Below the pieces are notes generated by a model that ran no database searches, had not been told where the DNA came from, and saw only the letters and a program-made list of their open reading frames with translations. A stretch of 64,000 nucleotides of DNA, taken from NCBI GenBank assembly GCA_965649825.1, contig OZ287701.1, forward strand, positions 175,101 through 239,100. Direction: 5' to 3'. Numbering within the stretch: the stretch's first letter is position 1; each line of letters begins with the position of its first letter. The DNA comes from Penicillus capitatus. Lineage: Eukaryota; Plantae; Chlorophyta. This document shows, piece by piece, positions 27,190-48,420 of the stretch. Made by a program: the position numbers and the translations under genes.

Positions 27190-27990
27190 GGAGGAGAGAC
27201 GGAGTAGCACGACACGAAGCAAAATTAATGATCATCGTGATCATGCCCATAAAGTCTAATCGATCTCATCCCATCATTCTTCCCTGCGCAACTTCACCGT
27301 CTTCAAAGTAGATGCGAAGTTACTGGAGTGGTAAGGATGGCCCTCTCAGCTGCCATCCTCTCCGATTCTTGATCGTTTGCATACTGCGCTTTGAGAAGGG
27401 CGGAGCCTCGAGCATCCCGCCATCGTCGTTTGGATAGACGCGCGGGAAAGGCGCGCCGCAATAGTATCTTAAACTACGGCACATACAAGATTCACAAGCG
27501 TTTAAATACTCAGAATGCCACATGACGTGATGCCTCCCATCATGGGTGTAATGCTCTTGGTATGCTTCATGTCATGTTCACCTCATGCATGGCAAACTCT
27601 TTAGGAAGGTCACACGTTCTACCGCCGTTGGACAGCAGAGCATGTTTCTCAATGCCCGTGATGCGCTTCTCGATCGCTGTGCGACGTTTTGTTGTCAGAC
27701 GATCGAGACGTAGCATATCTTTAATTAACCTAAGTTTCCAGTTTGCCATCGGCCTTTCAAACGCGCGAATGATACTAACATCCTTTGAGTGCATCAACAG
27801 ACGGCCCTTTTCATTCGCATCCACATGGACTGCGAATCTGTTTGGACGACGACCTCGGAGCCGATGATAATGTCCCAACTTTGTCAGACTGTCGTGGGCA
27901 AACCGTGGCGGGACGGGGAGACGCGGCGACACGGCGCGAAGCAGAATTAATTATTATCGTCATCATGCCATAAGGTCTTATCGATCTGAT
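27190..27990. repeat. Pair of ~80-bp diverged direct repeats (~27190-27270 and ~27910-27990)
   Basis: cgaagcaaaattaatgatcatcgtgatcatgcccataaagtctaatcgatct versus cgaagcagaattaattattatcgtcatcatgccataaggtcttatcgatct. Confidence 0.7.
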
Positions 27991-30900
27991 AATATCGCCT
28001 ATGATGGCAACGGCGTTATTGGGTTCTGTTTTGAAGAAATTGGATTGGATGGCATAGAAAAGAGAAGGCTTGTTTAAAAGCCGGGGCGAGTTTTTCGCCG
28101 AGCATCAAGCAATAGGCAATTCCTTGTGTGCATATCATCAATAGACCACAACGGTATTGTAGAGCTTCGTCTTTATTGCTGGCAGAGACGACGCAGATTC
28201 CCAGAACAAAGGTCATACAGTCAATAGATTCGATGAGGAGGGCCATACCCAACCGCCACCAACTGCGAAATGGACGAAAAACGCGCAGGAAGATGACAAA
28301 GGTGACCGAAATGATCAGGGCAACGATAATCTGCTCCACCGGAAGCACATCGAGATCCACCACACAGATCATGGCAATGAGTGCACGTTTGGTGCAGTCC
28401 AGCAACGCCGTCATCAAAGACATCCCGTAGACAGCGGATCCGTTCTCCCCCATAAGGGGCTTCGTCGAAGTTGAGGGCGACCTGACAACAACAGAATGTG
28501 ATCTCTCTGGACACGTAACGAAAGGGGGTGTCTACATAGGGGAGGAGGATGTTAGGGGGATACGGTAGTCTTCGAAGAGAGGGCCAAATCGTTGAAGAAA
28601 TTTGTCGTCTTTCTTTTGCGATATCCATTCGGTTTTCTCAAACCGATGCCCGATGAAGAAGCGGAGCACAGCGGAGAAGATGCTTCTCGGATGGCATCTC
28701 TTCCAGAATGCCCTCAGTCGTCCACGATCCTCAGCTGACTGTGTTATCATTCTCGAGAAGGGCAGCCAGATACCTTGCCCGGCAAGACTGTCTAACCACA
28801 TCAGACGCTTCTGAGGCGGTGGACGGTGATCGCCCATCGCCCCTGATCCCTGCGCCGCTGAGACAGGCGAGCTGCATTTGACAAGTGGTGTCATGGATGC
28901 TGCGCACCGGATGGTGAAGGTGCTGGCGATGCTTCCTCGATATGTACGTGTGCTTCTGCATCGGGCGGATGATCACCGTTTGATCGGTTCTCGGTATCGG
29001 GTCGGACGATGGCGACTCTCCAATCCTCCGGAGAGCGTTTGAAAAAAGCGGTGTACAGAATCGTGGCCAAAATGAAGAAGAACATTCCCGGAATGAGGAC
29101 CAACAGAAAACATCCCAGTATCAGACCCTCTAGCACAGCACACCTCTGAATTCCGTCCTCCCGAGCGACATGCAAATATACTTTTGCTATGTGTCAGAAG
29201 ACGAGCAGAAGCGGCAGCGATGGCAGGAATGGTCCAGAACGCCACGTAGAGTTCGACTCTGGGAAAGATACAGAGCGCCGGAATCGACGCTCTGCCGAAA
29301 AGCTTGATCACGATAACTGCGAGGAGACGAAAAAGGAGCACACATATGTGCAAGAGACAGGCAAAGAAGAGAACGCGATCCAAGGCGACATAAGGATCGA
29401 GATCGCTGTTGTAGCTAAACATCTCCACCGTCTCTGCCAGATCCACACCTTTACCGAGCAACTCGATCCTCTTAGCTGCCGACGTGGATGCCTCTTCCTA
29501 GAACCGTTACGTATCTCACACATGTGCCGAAAAGAAAAAGAGCGATCACACTGTTACCACCGCGGATTTGTTTTCCTCCCAGAAGAGCCGGACGTTAAGA
29601 GCACACCATGCAAAAGAATCTGTGATCCGCTTGAAACTCGCAGGCAAGGCGCCGCTCCCAATCGAACCTACAGATCAAAAAGGTAACCGTAGGTGTGGCA
29701 GGTCAGTCGTGTCGTGCCAATGAAGTAGAGTTTCTGTCCAAGCGCGAGTACCTCCGTCACCGATCCGATCGTCGGAGGGACGCCGACGGCCGCAACACCA
29801 TCTGCAAAGGCCATTGCGTTTTTCGGATCGGAAATGCGGCGTGCGGTTTACATGAGGAAGAAGGCGTCAGGCTTGATGCTGCCACGACAGCTGTGGCGGC
29901 CATGAGTGTTGTGCTGGATGCGTATCCCATCGCATCTGACTGCCATTGTGCCTTTTGCCGGATCATTGTTCCCGAGTACGTCACATTGTCGAGCAATTGA
30001 TTCCCTGCGGCATCCATCAACGACGCATGCAGCACTTGAATCTGCACCTCCTCGCTGTCCGGCTCCGGCACCGCATGACCTAAGGTGCGATTCCGTATCT
30101 CACGTTTCCTGAGCCTTCCATGAATAAACAGCGTCTTTCTCGAGGCATCGATCTCGCCATGAAGCGAAGCTGAATCGACGTTGGGGCGAAGAGAGGCGAA
30201 ATGCTCCCGGCGGAGATACAGACTGTCCGAGATTTGGCGGGAGCAGACGCTGGAGGTACGGATGGCTGTGGAGATCTCCGGCGAAGAGAGAGGCGTTCCC
30301 ATAACACTCCATCCATTGCCATGCGCATCCAACACGCTTGGAAGGGCGCCGTGCAGTCGTGGATCGCATCCCGTTCCAACGGAAAGATACACAGCCTCCG
30401 GAAAAGTGATCGTCGCCGTAAAGTGTCCATCGAGTGTCGCCGTGACATTGCCGCCGGCATCCTGCACCTGAGGCGGACGCGCATCATGCATCACTCTCAA
30501 AGAATGTGTCTTGCCGTTCACGGATACCGTCACCTGCATTGCACACGTCTCTTCATCCAATCGACGCGAGAACGCCCCAGCCGTACCTGAACGGGACGAT
30601 TGGAAACGAGGAGCTCAGTGGTGAACTTGAGCGTCGCCGGGCGGAAGGTGCTTTCGGATGAGAAGGCGAGAGAGATGGACGTCTGATCGATCTGAGCCAG
30701 CTGTGTGTCGGCAGAGATTGTCGGAGGAGCGTCAAAGGGCACAAATCTCCCATTGGCATCGACGACACTAGTCGCGACGTGGAAGAGTGGATTGGAACTG
30801 ACCCATACCAGCGACGTCGGACACTCCTGTGCGAGATAAGGTGCCAAGACGTCGGCATGAAGACAAGCAAACGACGCCAGCACTCCCTGAGCATGGTACA

Positions 30901-31383
30901 GCCTTCCGGTGCTCTGTAACAGCCAATGTCGCGCTTGATTCGAAGGACCGGCATTTACTTCGTCTAAGACAAGGGATGATGTTGCATTGGGCGAGGGATA
31001 AAGAATCGGCCATTTTATCGAGGCATCTTGCGCCAGAGAGCGATACAACAGACAACACAGCTGGATGGAACAGTCTGTCGGCGAATCGCTTGTGTCAGGT
31101 GGCGGAGATTACCCACAGGAGCACGAAACGGATGCGTTTATGGTACATGCGTGCGTTTGTGGCTTCTGTCTTATATATAACGACGCTGAGTGGGTTCTCT
31201 CTGTAAGTCTCTTAGTTGAGGGATGTTCGCAAAGGGCGGTGCGATAAATCGTGTTGTCCGGGTCGATTTCTGATAGCGCGGAGAAGAGAGCGTTTTCACG
31301 AACGGCGACAAGAGCCGAAAGTAAGACGGATGCGTTGTCCCTGGGAACATCGCCATCATTCTCCGCGAAACAGTAACCGCCAT
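27990..31383 (-). CDS. Large multi-exon membrane protein: extracellular Ig-like region + TRP-like (FLC/Pkd2-type) multi-pass domain; ends uncertain
   Basis: An Ig-like motif (ASLMDAAGN) precedes several hydrophobic helices. KFLQRFGPLFEDYR and FLRVFRPF match motifs of the TRP-like/FLC transmembrane family. Confidence 0.6.
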
Positions 31384-31484
31384 GATGTGACGGACGAAAG
31401 AACTTCAATCGATCTGCACGACAACGCCGACCGAAACGATCGTATTCACAAACGGTCGATCGACGAACATCGTTTTCGATCGAT

Positions 31485-34362
31485 CTAGATCAGTGTCGGC
31501 GATCCCGCCAGTTGACGACATTCCTGGATCATCTGGAACGCTTCGAATTGGAGAGGAGTGGAAGGCGCCATACGTCCGACAGCCTACAACACGATGCATT
31601 GCGTCGTTCGCGGGGATAACGGGAATCGACTTCGAAATAGGCGACGGCTTGATTCAGTCGATTCCGCGAGTCCATGGGCGAACCGAGCGGCACTTCAGAT
31701 GACGCTTTCAGCGCCATACCACTGAAGAACATAGCATCGACGAAATCTGGCTCGAAGCTCAGGATCTAAAAAACAGACGACAGTGTCAAACAACACTACG
31801 AGAGGCAATGTCCACCTGTTCGTATTTAACCAGCGCTGCATCGTAGAGCTGCATTTTGACGGCAGGATCTTCTGTCAGCTGTGCTCTCATGCACAGCGCC
31901 TTACCCCAGTTCATGTATGCCCGCTTATCATCGCCTTTGTTTTCCAGCAGCGTCCGAAATCGCTGTCCGGCTAACGTTAAGAACTGTTGCGACTCTTGCT
32001 GCAGTTGTTGCTGGGCGCTCTGTGAGGCCTTTGTGTTCTCAGCCGACGACGACTCCATCTCTGTCGACATCCTGCACTTCAGCTCGCCCAATGCCAAGAG
32101 GGTGTTGCCGCAGTTGCCCAGGCATTGGATGTTGGTCGGATCGACGTCCAGTATCGACTCGAATTGCTCAAGCGCGCCGACCAGGAGCTTAGAGGCCTCG
32201 CCGTAATCCTGCGCTGCATACCGTGAGTGTGTACGTTCGTTTGGACGAAGAGAAGAAGCGCACTTCGCCGAGCGCCAGTCGTCCCTTCTTGAGCAACTCT
32301 AAACCGACGTTTGCGTTGCCGACGGTGCTCACGACGTCGGGTCTGCCGCTTTTTGGTGTCTTTCTCGAAGACAGGCCATTCGGTGGGTATTCCCCGCCAT
32401 CGCCTGTCACATCATCCTCTTTCGTTGTCATATCCGCACTGAAACGCAGACGTCTGTCATCTGCCGAAAGATTAGCCGATGGTGGTCTCACTTCTCTGAC
32501 AGAGTCTGGTCGAACATACGGTCGTCGAATTCCTCCACCACATCCCATTCTGCTTCTTTGCCTGCAATCACGCCTCGCTCATGTAAACAGTATTCCCTGT
32601 GATGAGAACCTATGCTGGATTCCGCCTCCGGTTTCTGCTCGACAGCATCAGCCGTTGTATCCCGACGGTCGTCAAATTCCAAGTACGCGTCCAGTCGATC
32701 GGACGCTTCCGTGGATTCAACGGCGTCCTGTTCGATCATTTCATTCTCTGCTTCGAATTCAAGAGACTGGAGTGGCACACGAGAGATGCCAGTTGCACAC
32801 CGTCCTTAAAGGGTGTACCGTTTCGGGGTGTTGCATGATCTGTTCCATTCGTTCGTTGACACCAGCGATCTGGTCACTCAAGGCGTGCATCAACGATCGC
32901 AGCTCCAGCCATTTCTGTTCCAACACGTCCAATTCCACAGATGTCTCACTGTCGCCGCCGCCGGACGCTCTCTTAAGCTCCTGCGCATACGTCACACCCC
33001 ATCGGAAGCTGCGGCGAAGTTGGCGTATGTATCACTTCAATCGCGTTCTCCAGATTCTGCACGACGGCTGAGATGGCGGAGAATTGCTTCGAATACGCTT
33101 CCTGGTAGCGCTGTCCCATCCATGAGTAATAAGAGTGAGAGTCTTTCACTTGGAACGGCTCCGTGGGCGCTTCCGATTTGAATGTCTCCGAGAGCTGCCG
33201 CGGCAAATTGCCCAGGACAGATTCGATTCTCTCCAGCTGTTTCTCCAGAAAGGCATAGTCTGCTTGCGGAATGGGATTCATTCGAACGTCTCGAATCGAT
33301 TGCATCATATCCACCTAGACATCGCACATTCCTCGCAGCTGCCTGACGGTTGGCGCCTCTGACTTGATTGTCCTTCAGCTGCTTCAGAATGGAAGAGATT
33401 TCGTTTCCAACCATATCCTTCATGTCATGAAGGACAGTACGACTCTTCTCCTTGGCCTCTCGTCGCTCAGCCGTCACATCAATTGCCGATTCCCCCTTAA
33501 ACCATGCCCTGCTGAGCGATCGAGTCTGGATTTTGGCGTACGGGGAGGTCGTAGGAAGATGCTGTCTTCGAGTCGACGTCGTATCCTTCCAGTCGATTGA
33601 TCGATTCCTCAACGAACTACATTCATCCAGCCATACACACCACTCTCACACATTTCTCACACTTTTAGTCGATTGGAGATATCGCCGATGGATGCGAGCT
33701 GCGACGTCCCCCATTGCTCCAACAACGTCCTCCACAACAGATAGACGCGTCAGCACATTGGCAGCCCATAAGAGTGACTGAAATGTCACCTGAACTCACT
33801 GGACACGGCATAGATCACCGTTTGCTGTTGCAGATCCGAAATGCGTTTCATGATTCCCGGCAAACTCCGTAACCCGCCCGACACTTGTTTCACATTCTTG
33901 CCTGCGACAACGCCGCCTTTCGTCAAGTGCCTCTCTGTGCCGAGTATTACTGGTGGAGATCAAGGTCGCTTCAATTCTGTCCAGTTTATGTTCGAAATCG
34001 CGAAGTCGGCCGTTGAGGAGCGATTCGATGTTGGCCGAAATGGCTGAGATCTTCTGCTGGACCTGCTCAACCGCTGTCCTTTGCCGACTCACATCTTCCA
34101 TGAGCATTTCATCAAAGGCGTCTCTCGCCTAACAGGTCACACTTTTCGCAAAAGAGTGAGACTTCGCTGTCTAGACTTGAATCTTCTGCCTCTCTCGGCG
34201 AATGCCCACGAAAAGAGAGAACACCGGAAGGGCAATGGGCAGCGATGCAAACATGAGATCGTATCCCAGTACGACCAGCACTGCCCCACCGATCGTTCCA
34301 GTGACGGAGACAACGTCCAGGGCGTCCCACACGAGCACACCGTTTCTATTCTTCTCATGCAT
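31485..34362 (-). CDS. N-terminal TM + coiled-coil + C-terminal TPR-like protein, multi-exon
   Basis: N-terminal hydrophobic pair, long heptad-rich exons, then TPR-like repeats (ALEQFESILDVDPTNIQCLGNCGNTLLALGELK; LAGQRFRTLLENKGDDKRAYMNWGKALCMRAQL). The spliced C-terminus ends LAGSPTLI* at 31485. The start codon is tentative. Confidence 0.7.
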
Positions 34363-34579
34363 TTCGACTTTCGTCGTCACGCTCTTCTCGCTGCAGCGTA
34401 TGGGCCGATGGATCCGTCGGCGGCCAGCAATGGAACATCGATGCGATGTTGGCGGCCGCAAAGTACTGCGCACTGGAATGCATCGCAGGGGACGCGCTGA
34501 CGCGGTGCTCGAGAACATGAGGCGCATGGATGTGTACGTTCGATCGATCGATCTCGGCGGGTATCGTCTGTACGAAAGG

Positions 34580-35067
34580 ATGATGGCCGGACGCGTGTTT
34601 GCGATGCTTTTGCGTCCGAGGAACCCAAAATATATGAAATACTTTAAGATCAAGCTTCCAGCGAACCGTCCTTTCACAGGACTGAAGTGGGGAACGTTTG
34701 GACTGGTGACGAGAGAGGCAGGGATATTGAAGGCGGAGCAAATCGAAGCGGCACGGATGGCGTTGACGAGGACGCTGAAGAAGAAGGCGAAGATCTGGAC
34801 GATACCGCATCCCAACAAGAGCTATACGAAGAAACCGGCCGAGACGCGAATGGGCAAAGGTCATTGGTGCTGTCACATCAGTCAAGGATCTCATTTGTGT
34901 GATGTATGACGGAAGGCAAAGGTCCTGTCGCGGGATGGGCCATTGGGGTACCGAAGGCAGGGATTCTGTTCGAGGCGGCCGGTTGTTCGAAAGAGCTCTT
35001 TTGGGAAGCGGCCCGTGTTGCCAATTCAAAACTGCCGATTCGCGCCGTACCGATTGAAAGAGAGTGA
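34580..35067 (+). CDS. rpl16: Ribosomal protein uL16, organellar (probably mitochondrial) type, nuclear-encoded, one intron
   Basis: MLLRPRNPKYMKYFK...AEQIEAAR...YTKKPAETRMGKG|KGPVAGWA...GILFE...ANSKLPI. Intron ~34860-34916. The start codon is uncertain (several upstream ATGs). Confidence 0.9.
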
Positions 35068-35121
35068 CTTTGCAAAGTGTGACTGACCCGCGGGACAGCC
35101 AGCCGCACATTGACGGATTGT

Positions 35122-43842
<8,721 letters not shown>

Positions 43843-44189
43843 CTCGGGGAAAGGAAAACGGGCTTCGCACGTCACCCCTTCTTAGAACCGACCTTCAACG
43901 TCACATCACATGACGCCAAACATGCAGACAACCCGTTCGCAACGAACAAACAATCGATCGAAGTATTACAGCGCGTTGAAGCTCAGAATGTGTCTCAGCC
44001 TTTCTGCAAAGTACGAGGCAAACATTTTATCTGACGTCATCAGACGACAAGCAGCATTTTTATGCAAAGCGGCGTCATGCACACTCATGCACACGTGATG
44101 CATAACGTAAAGCTCCAAGACTCGCGCTGAGAGTATTTATTCGCGGCTGTGGCTGAACGCTTCAGTGATTTAGAGACGCCTGCCGCACA

Positions 44190-44983
44190 ATGGTTTCCGC
44201 TGCTTTGGTTTTTCTTACTGCTTTGGCCTCTGTTTGTTCGTTCGCCCGTGCCCAGTGCCCCGGGACTGCCATTTACCGTTTGTCACATGTCTGCGATTGG
44301 ACGGAGCAAACGCATCCAACCGATTTTCCGGGAGCATCGCCTCTCTTTGGCTTCAGCGACATGTGCGGCACAGCACACAACGGCGACTATGACTTATTCA
44401 CCGTAAGGCCGACCACAAGACCGACCCATGCAACGATTTCCTGCTGTAGCCTGGAGGAATGGCGACGATTGGTCTCAGGGACTTGTCAGAAATCGGCAAC
44501 TGCACGAAGCTGATGGCCGAAATTGATGATTGTGTGAACAAAGGCGACTGCTCGCCTAGTGGATACTTCGATCTTTTCTGCGACACTTCGATGAACGCAG
44601 ACGGGAGGCTGTTCTCGGGTGTCTGTACGCATGCTGGGATGATTGAAGTGACGTCTGCCTATCCTTATGCGTCCGGCGTTTCCATGATCTCTCCATCGCC
44701 GGACTGGTTCGTCGGATTCTCTTCGGTGAATCTCTGCCAGCAAGACGATGTGACTGGCGCCTTTTCGTGGATCGATCGCTATCCGTCGGACAGGCAACAG
44801 AACATCTATGTGAATGATGCCGGTACAGACGGCGGTGTGACATTCGAGTCCGAAGACCAGCGTCTGAATCCTTCTGTCCCCATCGTTGTTTTCGATACCC
44901 CCGATGCCAGCAACATCTTCTACAATCGAGAGGCCGGAAGGCTCTATCCCGTCTGCCGTTTGATTCTCGAACGCATGTCCTGA
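44190..44983 (+). CDS. Secreted Spondin_N domain protein
   Basis: Signal peptide MVSAALVFLTALASVCSFARA; motifs WTEQTHPTDFP, SMISPSPDWFVG and DAGTDGGVTF. One intron near 44404-44448. Confidence 0.9.
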
Positions 44984-45188
44984 ATTGCTTTCCCTTTTGC
45001 AGCACACTTTGTGAAGGCATTAGTACGTTAAACGTTTGATGTGACGTGACTCCTGTTCGTGTACCTACCATAAATATGTGACCTTGTTGGAAGAGAATGC
45101 AAGCGTGTTTGTTTGTTTGTTGATCTCCCTCCTTATAAACAAACGCATCGATTAAGAATTGGAATGTGTTTGTCTGATCTGACGTCCG

Positions 45189-46463
45189 ATGCTGCTACGC
45201 TTTGGACGATTATCCCGTGCACCGATCCCTCCAGTGTGCGGTGCTCGACGACGGCTAAGAATGACGTATCCCCGAGCGCTGTTCAGTTTTGGCGTCATCG
45301 CAGATGTGCAGTACGCCGACAAAGTCACGCCTTGTGTTCTGTCCGGTCTCGTGCGGACGGATGACGCAAGCAGGAAAGCAGAGCCTCACGGTCGCGTCCA
45401 GAGAGTCTCATGCGCTACAGAAACGGCGTTTCCAAGCTAACCAACGCCGTGCAAGAATGGACGGACAGACAAGAGGAGCTCTCTTTCGTGCTCAACCTTG
45501 GCGACATCATCGACGGAAATGACGACTCCGTAAGCGGCCTCCTTTGCTCAGGATGGCATCTCCTGCGTCTCCATACAGGATACCACGCTTCGAGATCTCG
45601 ACCAGGTCTTGCTGCCGCTCAATGGACTGGTCTGTCAGATGATGTGACGTGGGTGGCGTCGGAGTGGGTGTTGTGTTCCAGAATGGGTCCCTTGTGGTGC
45701 ATCACGTCCTTGGCAATCACTGTCTACGTGTGCCGGCTAATGTTTTGATGGGACGGTTAGGAATGACTGCTATGTACTACCGGGTGGATATCTGGGAGGG
45801 ATGGAAGCTGTTGGTGCTCAATAGCAATGACATTGGCATCCATGCCGAAGTGCACGACATCTCACTCTTTTTCTCACACAAGCGCCGCCTTTAGGGAGAG
45901 GATCAGAAACGCGAGACAGAAGGGTTCTTGGAGAGATACCCTTTGGGTTCAGAACCGCAGATTCAGAGATGGAACGGCGGCTTAGCTTCCCAGCAGCTTC
46001 AGTACGCGCACCAATGCGTCTTTCATCAAAAACGAAACCCCTTGGGCTTAGGTGGCTACAGCGAGAGCTCTCTGCGGCCAAAGCTTCTGGAGAAAAGGTC
46101 ATTCTCGCATGTCACCATCCCTTTGGCACATCCAGTGCCAGAATCACTCATATGGCATGGAATTCTTCCAGCATCGAGTCCATCGTCTTGGAGAGCGATG
46201 TCGTCGTGCTCGTGATGTGTGGACATGATCACGCCGGCGGATACTGTCAGATAAACAATACACATTTTCTCACACTTCCGGGTGCCGTCGAAGGTAACCC
46301 ACCCTTTCTCACTCTTTTACCGCCGCCACCTGTGCGGTGCTCTCTTCTAGCACCGGATGAAATGGACGCCTATGCGATGATGCATGTCACGCATAAGGAG
46401 ATACGGATCGAAGGGCGCGGCACGATTCCGTCGCAAATCTTTGCTCTCGATCGCCAAACGTGA
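45189..46463 (+). CDS. ADPRM: Mn-dependent ADP-ribose/CDP-alcohol diphosphatase (calcineurin-like metallophosphoesterase)
   Basis: FSFGVIADVQYAD, NLGDIIDG, HVLGNHCL, WNGGLASQQLQ, ACHHP and MCGHDHAGGY motifs across short exons. Confidence 0.9.
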
Positions 46464-46599
46464 TCTGCGCCGTTCCTTAAACGTTCATCAGCTGTACGCG
46501 TTTGTACAATGGAAGGGAAAGGAATGTGTCCATTCCCAAAGTACGGATGGGCAAAACTGTGCAAACGAAAAATCCGTCGCTCCGTCTGTCCGGCCGGCA

Positions 46600-48314
46600 T
46601 CACTTGAAGATGTCCACAAGGGTTCTCAGGATATCCGTACAGGTGATAACGCCAATGGGCTTGTCTTCTTCGTCCACAATAAACACGCGATGTACTCTTC
46701 CGACACTCAACAACCTTAGCACCTAGACACAACGACTGCCGTTGATTCGCGGATCCGTCAGGTGGCGGCGGACGTCGATGAGTGAGTCGTCCATGCTGCA
46801 GACGATCAGGTTTTGCCCGACGTCTGCTCCTGGACTCGGTTGTGTTCTCTCTGCCGTGGCACGAGCAAACTGCAGAACAGACTTTTCTGCCAGGGGTACA
46901 AGGTTGTGAGGTTTTGGTGAAAAGGAGTGAGAAGAGTGAGATTGCCTGCGTTGCTGCCGATCGGTTCTCTGGATTGCAAGAAATCGACACTCTTGCCACG
47001 ATCGAGCTTCCGTTGACCATCTTCTCCACTCGACCCTGAGTCGAGGCTTTGACCTGGCGACACGTGAATGACAGAGGCGGGGTTCGACGTGCGTTACGTG
47101 GTATGGCATATCCAGCATACTCAACACCGTGTTCCAGGGCGAGGAATTCCCCAACCGGCAATGCCAAGGCGCCAAAATGCTCAGGGGTGATTGTCCTAAA
47201 CAGCAAGCGCCGTGCGTCGGAACAGGCGACGGGTGAAGAGAAGACCTCATATCGGCGGCGCTAAAGTTTCCAATAATCTTGCCTGCGTCATTGACGACGG
47301 CAACGGCACCAATTTTCTTTTCGTTCATCACCTGTCACATCACTCTATACTTTAGCCATAGCCACGCCGCCAAGGGTGCTGCCTTGAGGGCCTCGATGGC
47401 GGAGAGTTCTGGCTTGACAGAAATGATTTTGATTCGGCCGAAGCCCAATTCGCCGATCGTCTGGTTCCCGACCTCGCCCAGTTCTTCATGATGATCCAAG
47501 AGATACCTAGATGATGATCTCGCTACAGATCTGCGTGCAGTGGACGTGCCTGACGATATCGGACTGCGAAATGATGTTCACGATCCGCGATCGAGCATCG
47601 AAGATCGCAATACGATGCACCACATTTGGCAATTCAGCCAACGAGCACTCTCTATGATCTCACTCTTTTGAACGAGGCCTCACACAAACGCCCTCACCGT
47701 TTACTGTTCCCCAGCAGCGCTTCACTCGCCAGTTCCAACAGCGACAACGATTCTTGATCCACGTGCAGAAAACTACCATCCCCAGCTAAGACCCAAAAAG
47801 AGTGAGATCGCTATGACCATCATCGGCGCGAGAATCTCACTCAATAAGTCATGATCCTTAATGGTCTTCCTCGAAAACACCAGTCCCTGTTGCTCGAGTG
47901 CTCTCATGCGCCTCAACATCGATCGCATCTCCAAAACGTTGGACTCCTTGATATCTGCCACCATCCACAGCGCATTGTTCACGGCAGTCGGGTCGGATAG
48001 GCAGATCCACGAACCCTCGAGAAATTTCTTGATAATACTCTTGACATCGACAAACCCTGCCACGGCATTGGGTGGCTGATTCATAGGCCACGTCGGTCCA
48101 TGATGACTCTCTTCGACTGGGACATCGCGGACGACCGGTGCCGATACCAGCCGATGACTCGCTAACGTCTATACCATAAGACGGTCGTCCCGTCGATAGC
48201 CTGACCACTCTATACCCTCAGGACTTGCTCGACGGTCGCCGAGTCTTTGAGAATGACAACGTGTTGGAGTGAGCGTATGTGACTCAGCGAGGTGTCTTTC
48301 AGAATGTTGGCCAT
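46600..48314 (-). CDS. CBS-domain protein (SNF4/AMPK-gamma/SDS23-like)
   Basis: CBS repeats: LASHRLVSAPVV, VHRIAIFD...VNIISQSDIV, IGAVAVVNDAGKIIGNFSAADMR and VHRVFIVDEEDKPIGVITCTDIL*. Confidence 0.85.
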
Positions 48315-48420
48315 CGTGGCGGAAAGAGACTGTCCAGATGCGGCTATGTCATCGATATGATGTGACGGGCCAGAGCGTTGGACTTTGCCGTAACCGACAG
48401 ACACTCAAGACACGAGAAGG
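48315..48420. promoter_or_regulatory. 106-bp bidirectional promoter/5'UTR region between the CBS gene and NAP1, containing TGATGTGACG
   Basis: Head-to-head start codons at 48314 (-) and 48421 (+); motif at 48358-48367. Confidence 0.55.
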
